Origin: a virus
Direction: 5' to 3' (one strand)
DNA: 64,000 nt
Virus record (IMG/VR): IMGVR_UViG_3300025875_000007
Location: 1 to 64,000 of that record
A program made the translations under genes and the position numbers. This document shows, piece after piece, positions 23,700-34,238 of this stretch. Every line of letters starts with the position of its first letter. The first letter of the stretch is position 1. The notes under the pieces are model-generated. The model was not told the origin of the DNA and searched no databases. It saw only the letters and a program-made list of their open reading frames with translations.

Positions 23700-25760
23700 A
23701 TGGAAGCTGATTTCAGCGGTTACGCCACAAAGGCTGGCCTCAAGTGCTCCGACGGTCGGACCATCACTGCCGAGGCATTCAAGCACATGGACGGCATGAC
23801 CGTCCCGCTTGTTTGGCAGCATGGTCACGACAAGCCGGATAACATTCTGGGCCACGCAATTCTTGAGGCTCGCTCTGATGGGATGTACGCCTACGGTTTC
23901 TTCAATGGGACCACGCAGGGCCAGAACTCTGCTCTTCTGGTGCAGCACGGCGACATCAAGAACCTTTCGATTTACGCCAACCAGCTCAAGGAGACCCTGG
24001 TTCAGGGTAGCAAGAATGTCATTCACGGTGTGATCCGTGAGGTCAGTCTTGTTCTGTCTGGTGCCAATCCTGGTGCACTGATTGACCAGGTCCGGATCGC
24101 TCACAGCAGCGACCCGGATGACATCGAGGTTCTCGAGGACGCTGCTATTATCTTCACGGATGCTGAGCTTCAGCACTCTGATGAGGGTGACGACAGCGAG
24201 AACTCCGACGAGAACAACGATGACGACGATGACGAGGGCGACCTTGACCAGCTCGAGGCTGAGCTGGATGAGGTTGAGGCTGAGGTCGGTACGCCCGACG
24301 TCGCGCACGCCGAGTCTGACGATGATGAGGAGAAGACTGTCCAGGACATCTACGACTCGATGACCGAAGAGCAGCAGGCCGTCGTTCACATGATGGTTGG
24401 GGCAGCCCTCGAGGCCGCCGATGTTGAGCACAGCAACACCGACAGTGACACCAACACAGCAGACAACACTGACGAGGGTAACCTCAGCCACCAGGAAGGT
24501 ACGGACAACATGGGTAACGTTTTCGACCAGGGCAAGAGCAAGGCCTCCGAGGGCATCGTGCTTTCACACTCGGACGTCAAGGAGATCGTCGACAACGCCA
24601 AGGAGCTCGGCTCCTTCAAGTCGGCAATTGAGAGCTACGCGCTCTCGCACGGCATCGAGAACATCGAGCTGCTGTTCCCGGACGCCCAGCTGACGGGTGG
24701 GATGAACGTCCTGCAGCGTCGCACCGAGTGGGTCGCGCAGGTCATGGACGCGGTCAAGAAGTCCCCGTTCTCGCGCATCAAGAGCATTGGCGCGGACATC
24801 ACGGCCGACGAGGCTCGTGCGCGTGGTTACGTTCGTGGTAACCTGAAGAAGGAGGAGATCATCAAGCTCCTCCGTCGCGTTACGACCCCGACCACGATCT
24901 ACAAGAAGCAGAAGCTCGACCGCGATGACATCGTGGACATCACCGAGCTGGACGTCGTTGCTTGGCTCAAGGCCGAGATGCGCGTCATGCTCGAGGAGGA
25001 GCTGGCCACCGCTCTGCTCATCGGTGACAGCCGCGAGCCCGACGACCTCGACAAGATCGACGAGGAGAAGCTTCGTCCGATCGCGTACGACAACGAGGTC
25101 TACGCCCACCCGGTTACTCTGCCGTCGAACACCACGGCCGACGCGCTGGTCGAGTCCGTTCTGCGGGCTCGTAAGCACTACAAGGGCACGGGTCAGCCCA
25201 CGTTCTACACCACGGATGACATCCTCACGGACATGATCCTGGTCAAGGACAAGATGGACCGTCGTCTGTACAAGACGGAGGAGGAGCTGGCTGCGGCGAT
25301 GCGCGTTGCGCGTATCGTGGTTGTCGAGACCATGGAGCGCGCTCCGGACGTCCTCGGCATCATGGTCAACCTCGCGGACTACACCCTGGGTGCGGACCGT
25401 GGCGGCGCCATCTCGATGTTCGAGGACTTCGACATCGACTACAACCAGCAGAAGTACCTCATCGAGACGCGTGTCTCGGGTGCCCTGACCAAGTTCAAGG
25501 CTGCTGTCGTCATCAAGCGTACCTCTGGTACGACTGTTGTCGCGACCGCTCCCGCCTACAACGAGGCCACGGACACCATCACGATCCCGTCCGTCACCGG
25601 CGTCGTGTACTACGACGTCACCGACGCGGGCAACGAGGTTGTTGTTCCTGCCGGTCCGCTCGTCATCACCCGCACCACGGACATCGAGGCTCGTCCGTCG
25701 GCCGGTTACTCGTTCGCCCACAACACGGACAACGACTGGACGTACGCGTACGTCGCCTAG
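23700..25760 (+). CDS. prohead protease / major capsid protein fusion (HK97-type)
   Basis: The N-terminal VPLVWQHGHDKPDNILGH ... EVSLVLSGANPGA matches the prohead serine protease pattern. A ~100-aa D/E-rich linker follows, then a ~400-aa capsid-sized domain. Confidence 0.75.
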   Translation: MEADFSGYATKAGLKCSDGRTITAEAFKHMDGMTVPLVWQHGHDKPDNILGHAILEARSDGMYAYGFFNGTTQGQNSALLVQHGDIKNLSIYANQLKETLVQGSKNVIHGVIREVSLVLSGANPGALIDQVRIAHSSDPDDIEVLEDAAIIFTDAELQHSDEGDDSENSDENNDDDDDEGDLDQLEAELDEVEAEVGTPDVAHAESDDDEEKTVQDIYDSMTEEQQAVVHMMVGAALEAADVEHSNTDSDTNTADNTDEGNLSHQEGTDNMGNVFDQGKSKASEGIVLSHSDVKEIVDNAKELGSFKSAIESYALSHGIENIELLFPDAQLTGGMNVLQRRTEWVAQVMDAVKKSPFSRIKSIGADITADEARARGYVRGNLKKEEIIKLLRRVTTPTTIYKKQKLDRDDIVDITELDVVAWLKAEMRVMLEEELATALLIGDSREPDDLDKIDEEKLRPIAYDNEVYAHPVTLPSNTTADALVESVLRARKHYKGTGQPTFYTTDDILTDMILVKDKMDRRLYKTEEELAAAMRVARIVVVETMERAPDVLGIMVNLADYTLGADRGGAISMFEDFDIDYNQQKYLIETRVSGALTKFKAAVVIKRTSGTTVVATAPAYNEATDTITIPSVTGVVYYDVTDAGNEVVVPAGPLVITRTTDIEARPSAGYSFAHNTDNDWTYAYVA

Positions 25761-25775
25761 TAGGCAGGATAGCTC

Positions 25776-26117
25776 ATGGCAAAGTTCTACGGCAGGGTTG
25801 GCTACGGCATGTCGGTGGAGAAAGCGCCGGGCGTGTGGAAGGATGTCATCTCCGAGCAAGTGTATTACGGAGATGTAGTTCGCAACTCACGCGGTCTTCG
25901 TGATGGTAGTACAATCAACGATGACTTGACCGTCGGTAACTCCATTAGCATTGTCGCGGACGCTTACGCTCATAAACACTTCTTTGCCATTCGCTATGTT
26001 GAATGGGCGGGGACTCTGTGGGAAGTCGATGACGTTACCGTACAGAGTCCCCGCCTCCTTCTCCGGCTAGGAGGTGTATACAATGGGCCTAAGGCTCCAA
26101 CTCCAAGCACTCCTTGA
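25776..26117 (+). CDS. head-tail joining protein candidate
   Basis: MAKFYGRVGYG...PGVWKDVISEQVYYGDVVRNSR resembles proteins found between capsid and tail genes of Gram-positive siphophages. Confidence 0.55.
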   Translation: MAKFYGRVGYGMSVEKAPGVWKDVISEQVYYGDVVRNSRGLRDGSTINDDLTVGNSISIVADAYAHKHFFAIRYVEWAGTLWEVDDVTVQSPRLLLRLGGVYNGPKAPTPSTP

Positions 26118-26388
26118 GCTTCTGCTTGGAAGTGAGGCTGTATATTTCGAGCCGCCCAACAGTACGGAAATGGTATACCCCTGTATTGTATACAATAGGG
26201 ATTCCACAGATACCGGGCACGCTAATAATAAACCCTATCGGTTTACCAAGCGTTATCAGGTAACGGTTATCGACGAGGATCCTGATACCACCATTCCGGA
26301 TCGGGTTGCTGAGTTGTCCATGTGTACACATGACAGGTCGTTCGTGGTGAACAATCTCAACCATTACGTCTTTAGCTTATACTTCTGA
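26074..26388 (+). CDS. head-tail joining / tail completion protein candidate
   Basis: VYFEPPNSTEMVYPCIVYNRDSTDT...RYQVTVIDEDPD is a typical pattern. The start is ambiguous (26074 or 26083). Confidence 0.55.
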   Translation: MYTMGLRLQLQALLELLLGSEAVYFEPPNSTEMVYPCIVYNRDSTDTGHANNKPYRFTKRYQVTVIDEDPDTTIPDRVAELSMCTHDRSFVVNNLNHYVFSLYF

Positions 26389-26399
26389 AGGGAAGTAAC

Positions 26400-27059
26400 A
26401 TGCCAGCTCTTGAGTGGGACAAGGTCGGTGAGCGGTTCTTCGAGACCGGTGTCGACCGTGGTGTCCTCTACATTCCGACGGACGCGGGTGTTTACAGCAC
26501 CGGTGTCGCTTGGAACGGTCTCACGGCCGTTACCGAGACCCCGTCGGGTGCTGAGTCCAACCCTCAGTACGCCGACAACATCAAGTACCTCAACCTGATC
26601 TCCGCTGAGGAGTTCGGCGCTACGGTTGAGGCGTTCACGTACCCCGCTGAGTTCGCGCAGTTCGATGGTGCTGTTGTCGTTGGCACCGGCGTGACCATCG
26701 GTCAGCAGAACCGACGTGTCTTCGGTCTTTCGTACCGGACTCGCGTTGGTAACGACCTGCTGGGTACGGACCTCGGGTACAAGCTCCACCTGGTTTACGG
26801 TTGCCAGGCGGCTCCTTCTGAGCGTGGTTATGCCACGATCAACGACAGCCCGGAGGCTCTTGCCTTCAGCTGGGAGCTGACGACCACTCCGGTGGCCGTT
26901 GCGGGTCTGAAGCCGACCTCGCTGATCACGGTCGACAGCACCAAGGTTGCCGCTGGCGCCCTGGCTACGCTGGAGGCTGCTCTCTGGGGCGACGGTGCAC
27001 ACCTTCCGCTCCCGGACGAGGTCATCGGCATGTTCGGTGGCGCTCCGGCGACGCCGTAG
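26400..27059 (+). CDS. major tail protein
   Basis: MPALEWDKVGERFFETGVDRGVLYIP...GVAWNGLTAVTETPSGAE is a characteristic major tail N-terminus. Confidence 0.8.
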   Translation: MPALEWDKVGERFFETGVDRGVLYIPTDAGVYSTGVAWNGLTAVTETPSGAESNPQYADNIKYLNLISAEEFGATVEAFTYPAEFAQFDGAVVVGTGVTIGQQNRRVFGLSYRTRVGNDLLGTDLGYKLHLVYGCQAAPSERGYATINDSPEALAFSWELTTTPVAVAGLKPTSLITVDSTKVAAGALATLEAALWGDGAHLPLPDEVIGMFGGAPATP

Positions 27060-27098
27060 TTCACAGTAGTTAAATCTTGAGATAAAGGAGGCCAGAGA

Positions 27099-27644
27099 GT
27101 GCTCACGATTATGGTACCGATTGGTGAAGAGTCTTACAACGAGAAGACTCGGGAATTCATCAACTCGGAAGAATTTGAATTACAGCTTGAGCACTCTCTG
27201 GTCTCCCTCTCAAAATGGGAGTCTTTCTGGGAGAAACCCTTCCTTGGGTCCAGTGAGAAATCCTTCGACGAAATCTTGGGGTACATCAAGGACATGACCT
27301 TGACCCCCAATGTTCCTCCGGAGGTTTACCAGAAGCTCTCAAAAGCAAATTATGCTGACATCAATAAGCATTTAAACGCAAAGATGACGGCAACGTGGTT
27401 TACGGAAGACAAAAGACCATCTAGAACTGGTGAAGCAGTCACCGCCGAGCTTATCTACTATTGGATGGTTGCTTTACAAATCCCTTTTGAGTGTCAACAC
27501 TGGCACCTGAATCGTCTTCTGACACTTGTTAAGGTGTGCAGCAAGAAGAACGCTCCGCCTAAGAAGATGGGTCGAAGAGAAGCCGCTATGCAACAACGGC
27601 AGCTTAACGAGCAGAGGTTGGCCAAATACGGCACTAAGGGATAA
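27099..27644 (+). CDS. tail assembly chaperone candidate
   Basis: Position between the major tail and tape measure genes. GTG after AAAGGAGG. Confidence 0.5.
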   Translation: MLTIMVPIGEESYNEKTREFINSEEFELQLEHSLVSLSKWESFWEKPFLGSSEKSFDEILGYIKDMTLTPNVPPEVYQKLSKANYADINKHLNAKMTATWFTEDKRPSRTGEAVTAELIYYWMVALQIPFECQHWHLNRLLTLVKVCSKKNAPPKKMGRREAAMQQRQLNEQRLAKYGTKG

Positions 27645-27656
27645 TCGGGAGTAGTC

Positions 27657-28034
27657 GTGATTAGAATTGAATCGAAGGGTTCCTTCCTCAAGACGGAAGC
27701 ATTCCTTAAGAGGAACCACACTTCTAATGTTCGACGAATCCTAGAGAAGTACGGTCAGCAGGGCGTAGTCGCCCTTACTAATGCTACTCCTCGAAGGACA
27801 GGTCTAACTGCCGGTTCTTGGGATTACAAAATTATGACGACACAAAAAGGCCTTTCGCTTACCTGGGTAAACACCAACGTGGAGTCCGGATTTCCCGTAG
27901 CCGCTATGATACAGTACGGCTATACCACGGGAACAGGCGGATATGTCGCAGGTCAAGACTATATTAACCCGGCTCTTCGACCGATATTTGATCGAATGTC
28001 TGCTGAGATCAGGAGGGAGGTGAACAATGGCTAA
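27657..28034 (+). CDS. tail-module protein (HK97 gp10-like pattern)
   Basis: ATPRRTGLTAGSW ... IQYGYTTG resembles the gp10 family aP..TG.L ... EfGT pattern. Confidence 0.45.
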   Translation: MIRIESKGSFLKTEAFLKRNHTSNVRRILEKYGQQGVVALTNATPRRTGLTAGSWDYKIMTTQKGLSLTWVNTNVESGFPVAAMIQYGYTTGTGGYVAGQDYINPALRPIFDRMSAEIRREVNNG

Positions 28035-31000
28035 TGTTGACAATCATGTTGTAAAGGCGGTATTCGACAATGCCGCGTTCAAGAAAGGTACAGAGGGCGC
28101 GCTAAGGTCGCTTGAACTTCTCAAGGCTGGCATTAGTAATATTTCTGCGTCAGCCAGTAAGCTTAGTTCAATCAATATTAAGACCAACGCAAATAGCCTG
28201 CAGCCACTTAGTCAAGGCGTCGATGCTTTGGTTACGAAATTTTCAACGTTACAGGTAGCCGGTGTAACAGCCATTTCAAATATTTCAAACAAGGCTGTAA
28301 ACGCAGGCTTGGAGATGACCAAGTCTCTTACCATTGCGCCGATCTCTGGTGGTCTGGGCGAGTACGAGAAGAAGATCGGCTCTATTCAGACGGTTCTTGC
28401 AAACACGGCGGCTGCCGGAACGACCCTTGAAGAGGTCTCCGCTGCTCTTACCGACTTGAACCATTACTCCGATCAGACCATCTATAACTTCGGTGAGATG
28501 GCCAAGAACATTGGTACGTTCACCGCAGCGGGTGTCGATCTCGAGACGGCTACGGGTTCAATTAAGGGTATTGCCAACCTTGCGGCTCTTTCTGGTTCAA
28601 GCTCGGAGCAAGCCTCCGGAGCTATGTATCAGCTTTCGCAGGCGATCTCGTCTGGTAAAGTCAGTCTTATGGACTGGAACTCGGTAGTCAATGCCGGTAT
28701 GGGTGGTTCGGTTTTCCAGCGAGCTCTTGCCGAGACTGCTGTGGCCATGGGAAAGATGGAATCGAGCGCGCTTGCGCTTGATGGTCCCATGAAGAACGTT
28801 AAGATCAACGGTCAGTCTTTCCGAGACTCTATCTCGGCTGAGAATGGTCCTTCTTGGCTTACGTCTGACGTTCTTACCACCGCACTTCAGAACTTTACCG
28901 GTGACATGACCGAGGCTCAGCTCGTGGCGCAGGGCTTTAGTTCGGCCCAGGCTAAGGCCATCATGGATCAAGCCGCAATGGCTAGTGACGCGGCAACCAA
29001 GGTTAAGACTGCCTCTCAGCTTATGAGCACTCTCAAGGAGGGCGCCGAGTCTGGTTGGGCAGAGACCTGGGAACTCATTATTGGTGACTTCAACACTGCC
29101 CCTAAGGTCTTCACAAATATCAGCAAGACTATCGGTGGCATTATTGGTGGCGCTGCAGACTCGCGCAACAAGATGCTCGCCGCATGGGCTGAAGCTGGCG
29201 GACGGGATGATATTCTTCGAGGTTTTGCTTGGTCTTGGCGGGCCTTGCTGTCTGTTGTTAGGCCGGTCATTGAGGCGTTTCGGGATATTTTTCCGGCAAC
29301 AACTGGGCAGCGACTTGCCGAGCTTTCCAAGCAATTCCATACCTTCGCTCAGGGCTTAGTTCTGGGCGAGGAAAACATGGAAAACCTCCGGAGGACTTTC
29401 CGAGGAATCTTTGCTGTTGTTGGCATCGTTATGCAGGTCTTCAAGGGCGTTACCTCAGCCATATTTAGTCTTTTCTCCACAAGCCAAAGTGCGGGTGGCG
29501 GATTCCTTGCCTTTACGGCCATCATTGGTGACTTCCTTTACGGTCTCTCTAGGATCCTCACGTACAAGGATCCGATCGGGAAGTTCTTCGACGTTCTTGT
29601 TTCGCCGCTAACTCTGATCAAGCCGCTCATTAATCTTGTTGTAGATTTGGCTCAGGCAATCTCGGCCCTCTTCTCTGGCAACATCGGCTTCGATGAATTC
29701 TTCGGTAAGATCAGGGATTCGTTTGGCACATTCGGCGATTCCTTTGCTGCCATTGGCGATAAGATCGCTTCCTTCTTCGCTTCGATTGGTAGCGTTGTTG
29801 GTGGTGTCGCCACGAAGGCTGGCGGAACGTTCATTAGCGCATTGACCAAGCCGTTTAAGCCTCTTATGGGTCTTGTGATTAATCTTGGTCAAGCGTTTTC
29901 ATTGTTGTTCCGAGGTGACATTGGTGTCGACCAGTTCTTAAACAGCATTAAGCTCTCCTTCACCTTCTTTGGTTCTTCGCTTGACATTATCAAAGACAGG
30001 GTGCAGGAGTTCTTCGCTGGGATTGGCGACGCCTTTGACAGCTTTGCCACCTACCTGCAGAACAAGGCTAAAGAGCTTGCTGACGGTGGAAACCGAGTGG
30101 GCGCGGGTATCGTTGCTGGCCTGGGCGAAGTTGTACAGTTCTTCAGGGACTTCGCTACCAGGGTCACTGGCATCGTCGTCGGTCTTGTTACAGGGTTGAG
30201 CGCTGCTTCTCTAAACGCTGCCGGTTTCTTCAGCGATATCGGTGGTAGTGGCTTTGAGAAGTTTAAGAGCGTTCTAACGTCGGTCGTTGAAAAGATTACC
30301 GAGTTCCGCGAGAGTTTGAATATTTCAGACAATCTAGGTAAGGTTAATTCCGCTGCAGGCGCAACAGCCTCCGGGGGAGTTTCTGCTTTATCAAAGATGA
30401 TGACTATTGCTGGTGCAATCTGGTCGGGCATTAGTGGTATGTTCACTGGTCTTGGAAATCTTATTGGCCCGTTCCTTTCAGAGGTGGGCCAGTTCTTCAC
30501 GAATATAACTGACAAAATCGGTGACTACATCGGTACGATGGACAACCAAGAGCTGATTGGTGCAATCAACTCGGGTGTTCTTGTGCTGCTGTACGTGGCT
30601 TTCAAGCGCTTTATTGGTAACATGAATGGCACCCTTGGCTCATTCAAGGACATGGCTGACAACATCGGTGGAACCTTTGGTGCGCTTCAATCAAGCCTTA
30701 AGTCACTTACGGGTGCGGTTGTAGCAAGCACGGTTCTGCAGATTGCCATTGCGGTTGGTGTTCTAATTGGTGCCTTGTTCCTTCTGGCTAAGATTGATCC
30801 AGGAGCACTGAAGCAAGCACTTATTACACTAGCCGCTTTGTTCGCTCAAATGGCCGCTATGATGTTCACTCTGTCTAAGATTGATACCTCTAAGCTGGGC
30901 GCTATCGGCCTTTCCATGATTGCGGTCGCTACCGCCATTCTTATTCTTTCGTCGGCTTTGAAGCGACTCGGTGAGCTTGATCGAGAAGTTCTTATTCAGG

Positions 31001-32961
31001 GTGGAATTGCTGTCGCATCGCTTCTGGCCGCCATGGCTGGCTTTGCATACTTAGCAACGTTCGCTCCTGGAATTGTTGGCGCATCCGTTGCCATGGTTAT
31101 CATGGCTGGCGCACTCACGCTTCTAGCCGGAGTGATCGTTCTCTACTCGAAGATCCCATTCGAGACGATGATTCAGGGTCTTGCTGGCATGGCTGCAGTA
31201 ATGGTTGTGCTCGGTCTTTCACTGAAGGTGTTCCCCAAGACCGCTGCTGCAAGTGCTTTGGGTATTCTTATCATTGCTAACGCTCTGGTTCTTCTGGTTC
31301 CTGCGCTTGCGCTCTTGGGAACTCTACCCATTGACAATCTTGTTCAGGGTCTTCTGGCGATTGCGGGAATGATGCTTATTATGGCGGTGGCATCGAAGGC
31401 GATGACGGGTTCAATTCTTGGAGCAGCCGCCCTGATGATCATGGCGCAGGCGCTTATGGTTCTTGTTCCCGTTCTGGCACTACTGGGTGCTCTTCCGCTG
31501 GACGTTCTCGGCAAGGGACTTCTTGGTATCGCAGCCATCATGGCAATCTTTGTGGTCGGTATGTACGCCCTCACTCCCGTCATTGTGGTGTTGGGTCTCT
31601 TTGCAACCTCGCTGTTGATCGTGGGTGGCGCAATTGTTCTGGCCGCAACTGGATTCTATATCTTCGTCAAGGCCTTAGCTGGACTTCTACTTATTGGTGC
31701 AGCTGGCTTTGCTGTAATTACAGCAGGTGTTGCATCGCTTCTGGCTCTGCTACCGTTGCTTGCACAGCAGGCAGGTTATGCGTTTGTCACATTCGTTAAG
31801 GTTATTCGTGACTCCGCGCCTAAGCTGATCGAAGCCGCCGGGCATATTATTGAGACGTTTGCAGCTGAGATTGCTCGACGAGTTCCAGCTATTGCGGGTC
31901 ATGGCTTAGACATGATCATCGGTATTCTGAAGGCGATTAGAAGTCGCATCGGCGAGATCACAAACGTTGTTATCGACATTGTCGTGAACTTCATCACTGC
32001 AATTCGGGAACGACTGCCAACGATCATCCAAGCTGGTATCGACTTCATTGTCTCCTTTATGGATGGACTGGCAGCAGCCGTTCGAGGTGACAGAGAGCGG
32101 ATTGGCGAATCTGGCCATGACTTGGCTCTAGCCCTGATTGAGGGTTTGGCTAGTGGTCTGAGTTCTCTTTGGGGAACTGTCCAGAAGGCTATTGGCGATC
32201 TCGGTAGAGGGATCGTAAAGCGCTTCAAGGAGTTCTTCGGTATCAATTCGCCATCAACACTCTTTGCTGGTCTGGGTAAGAACATCGTTCAGGGTCTGGC
32301 CAATGGTATTAAGGGTGCTGTTCACCTCGCTAAGGAAGCCGCGCTGAAGCTGGCCGAGAAGCTTCCTGGTTGGGTGCAGAAGGTTCTTGGCATCAAGTCT
32401 CCTTCTACGGTGTTCGCAGAGATCGGTATGTATTCTGTTAAGGGTCTTGCACAGGGCCTTGACAAGAACGCAAATATGGTTGAAGGATCTGCGACCAACG
32501 TTGGCAATGCGGCAACGCGTGCGATGAAGGAGAGTCTTATGTCGCTCGCAAATATCAATGCGGATACCATGAACGTTAATCCGACCATCACGCCAGTACT
32601 TGACTTGACGGACGTCAAGAAGGGCTCTGCGGCTATTGATGGAATGATGGGTACCGGTTCGATGAGGGTCAACGCCACGGCGACAGTTACCAAGGCTACT
32701 GACGTTTCTGACGACTACAATCGCACTCGAGCCAGCGTTGCAAACGTGTCCATGCAAGAAAGGAACGACCTTCGGGCATTGGTTGCAACCCTTTCGTCCA
32801 AGGTTTCCAAGCGCGATATCGATCCTGTTCCGCCTCGTCCGGTCGAGTTCCACATCGGCACGGTTCAGGACGGCGACAGCCTTCTGCAGCGAGCGAGAGC
32901 TACTAACAGAATGCTGAGCTTGGCTGAGGGTGGAGATTCTGCACAATTGGAGAGTATCTAA
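28027..32961 (+). CDS. tape measure protein
   Basis: 1644 aa, Ala/Gly/Ile/Leu-rich with a long central hydrophobic block, in the canonical position. Confidence 0.9.
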   Translation: MANVDNHVVKAVFDNAAFKKGTEGALRSLELLKAGISNISASASKLSSINIKTNANSLQPLSQGVDALVTKFSTLQVAGVTAISNISNKAVNAGLEMTKSLTIAPISGGLGEYEKKIGSIQTVLANTAAAGTTLEEVSAALTDLNHYSDQTIYNFGEMAKNIGTFTAAGVDLETATGSIKGIANLAALSGSSSEQASGAMYQLSQAISSGKVSLMDWNSVVNAGMGGSVFQRALAETAVAMGKMESSALALDGPMKNVKINGQSFRDSISAENGPSWLTSDVLTTALQNFTGDMTEAQLVAQGFSSAQAKAIMDQAAMASDAATKVKTASQLMSTLKEGAESGWAETWELIIGDFNTAPKVFTNISKTIGGIIGGAADSRNKMLAAWAEAGGRDDILRGFAWSWRALLSVVRPVIEAFRDIFPATTGQRLAELSKQFHTFAQGLVLGEENMENLRRTFRGIFAVVGIVMQVFKGVTSAIFSLFSTSQSAGGGFLAFTAIIGDFLYGLSRILTYKDPIGKFFDVLVSPLTLIKPLINLVVDLAQAISALFSGNIGFDEFFGKIRDSFGTFGDSFAAIGDKIASFFASIGSVVGGVATKAGGTFISALTKPFKPLMGLVINLGQAFSLLFRGDIGVDQFLNSIKLSFTFFGSSLDIIKDRVQEFFAGIGDAFDSFATYLQNKAKELADGGNRVGAGIVAGLGEVVQFFRDFATRVTGIVVGLVTGLSAASLNAAGFFSDIGGSGFEKFKSVLTSVVEKITEFRESLNISDNLGKVNSAAGATASGGVSALSKMMTIAGAIWSGISGMFTGLGNLIGPFLSEVGQFFTNITDKIGDYIGTMDNQELIGAINSGVLVLLYVAFKRFIGNMNGTLGSFKDMADNIGGTFGALQSSLKSLTGAVVASTVLQIAIAVGVLIGALFLLAKIDPGALKQALITLAALFAQMAAMMFTLSKIDTSKLGAIGLSMIAVATAILILSSALKRLGELDREVLIQGGIAVASLLAAMAGFAYLATFAPGIVGASVAMVIMAGALTLLAGVIVLYSKIPFETMIQGLAGMAAVMVVLGLSLKVFPKTAAASALGILIIANALVLLVPALALLGTLPIDNLVQGLLAIAGMMLIMAVASKAMTGSILGAAALMIMAQALMVLVPVLALLGALPLDVLGKGLLGIAAIMAIFVVGMYALTPVIVVLGLFATSLLIVGGAIVLAATGFYIFVKALAGLLLIGAAGFAVITAGVASLLALLPLLAQQAGYAFVTFVKVIRDSAPKLIEAAGHIIETFAAEIARRVPAIAGHGLDMIIGILKAIRSRIGEITNVVIDIVVNFITAIRERLPTIIQAGIDFIVSFMDGLAAAVRGDRERIGESGHDLALALIEGLASGLSSLWGTVQKAIGDLGRGIVKRFKEFFGINSPSTLFAGLGKNIVQGLANGIKGAVHLAKEAALKLAEKLPGWVQKVLGIKSPSTVFAEIGMYSVKGLAQGLDKNANMVEGSATNVGNAATRAMKESLMSLANINADTMNVNPTITPVLDLTDVKKGSAAIDGMMGTGSMRVNATATVTKATDVSDDYNRTRASVANVSMQERNDLRALVATLSSKVSKRDIDPVPPRPVEFHIGTVQDGDSLLQRARATNRMLSLAEGGDSAQLESI

Positions 32962-33398
32962 TGAGTCGATCAGTTTTGGTATCGAGAACTGAATTGGGTC
33001 TCGGAGATCTTCAGCTTTCTGAAGAGAAGCGTTTCTATCTTCCAGATGGAACATTTAATGCGGGACAGACTACTCAGTCTCGAAAAACCCACGAAAGCCC
33101 ACAAGTTAAGGGTCGGTATCCATCAAGCATCATTGAGGGTAGTCGAACTGGAAACATTTCAGTTCACGTGATTGCTACTGAGGAAACGCTGCAAGCGGAG
33201 CTTCAGTTAGTAATCGATGCGATGGAACAGTTCCGATATATGTTAACTTGGAAGTTCGATGGACTAGGTGGCGTTTGGCAGTGTGAAAAAGCTGACTGGA
33301 CCCTCGGAGAAGGCGGTGTTCTTCACGTAAAGTTTTTACAGATCCACACACAAATCGTTCATTTCACAGTCCCTCATAACAGAATTAGTGGGTTTTAA
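32961..33398 (+). CDS. minor tail protein (hypothetical)
   Basis: Track ORF coupled to the tape measure stop. Confidence 0.6.
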   Translation: MSRSVLVSRTELGLGDLQLSEEKRFYLPDGTFNAGQTTQSRKTHESPQVKGRYPSSIIEGSRTGNISVHVIATEETLQAELQLVIDAMEQFRYMLTWKFDGLGGVWQCEKADWTLGEGGVLHVKFLQIHTQIVHFTVPHNRISGF

Positions 33399-33819
33399 TA
33401 TGGCTGGTGGATATGTTAGTGATGCCTTTGCCGATATTATTGTTGAAGCTATCTTAACTTGCGACGTTACCAAAGTTCCCAAGAGTTATTTCTTTGGTCT
33501 AACTCTTGAGCTTCCTTCTGATCAAAATGGGACTGGTTTGGTGGATCCCACACCGACTGAATACGAGCGAGTTGAAGTGCTTGCCGAAAGCATTTCTTGG
33601 AAATCAGTCGGTGTGGGATCCCGTACTATGGTTACGGGATTGGATATTGTTTTTCCTCAAGCTGTAACAGATTGGGGAAATATTAAGGGCTACACTCTCC
33701 ACGATTCGTTGACGGAGGGGATGTTCTTAGGGTATGGGGCTATCGTCCCGTATATCATCTCCGCAGGATTGACGGCTCGGCTACCGGCTGGGTCTGTTGC
33801 GCTTAGACTACCTATTTAA
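33388..33819 (+). CDS. minor tail-module protein (hypothetical)
   Basis: Track ORF overlapping the upstream gene by 11 nt. Confidence 0.6.
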   Translation: MGFNMAGGYVSDAFADIIVEAILTCDVTKVPKSYFFGLTLELPSDQNGTGLVDPTPTEYERVEVLAESISWKSVGVGSRTMVTGLDIVFPQAVTDWGNIKGYTLHDSLTEGMFLGYGAIVPYIISAGLTARLPAGSVALRLPI

Positions 33820-33827
33820 GGAATTTT

Positions 33828-34226
33828 ATGCCTACATTAATTACAGACGCTGAGCGAAATGCTGACGCTGACCGTGCTGCGGAACAAATTAAGTATTTGT
33901 CTGTGCACACAGCAAGTACAGAGCTTACCGGAACAGCCGAAGCAACGGGAGGCGATCCTCCTTATGCACGGAAGCCGGTTACATTTAATGCAGCAGGCAC
34001 CGCAGGACCACTTGGTGAGACGCTTCAACCGGCTACAGTAGGTGTGGCTTGGTCTAGCCAGGCGGTGTTTGATGTTGCTGCGGGTACGTACACGCACTGG
34101 GGTGCTTGGGATACCTTAACGGGTGGGGTGTTTAAGCGTGGCAACGACCTTTCTACTGTTCAAAATCCCACGGGACAGTCGGTCTTCGCTCTGAGTATTG
34201 GCGTTGGGCCATACTCGGGTGTTTGA
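33828..34226 (+). CDS. minor tail-module protein (hypothetical)
   Basis: Track ORF. Its general pattern is similar to the preceding gene. Confidence 0.6.
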   Translation: MPTLITDAERNADADRAAEQIKYLSVHTASTELTGTAEATGGDPPYARKPVTFNAAGTAGPLGETLQPATVGVAWSSQAVFDVAAGTYTHWGAWDTLTGGVFKRGNDLSTVQNPTGQSVFALSIGVGPYSGV

Positions 34227-34238
34227 GGAGTAGCATAG

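Noticed and set aside
23430-25859. Very long minus-strand ORFs (23430..24491, 353 aa; 24564..25859, 431 aa). Similar ones occur at 49581..50588, 52477..53511, 56368..57468, 14172..14822 and 32254..33054.
   Set aside because: They lie antisense to well-supported + strand genes (capsid, polymerase and others). They have Arg/Leu/Val/Gly-rich shadow-frame composition, no RBS and no recognisable motifs. This is typical of stop-codon-poor antisense frames in GC-rich coding DNA.
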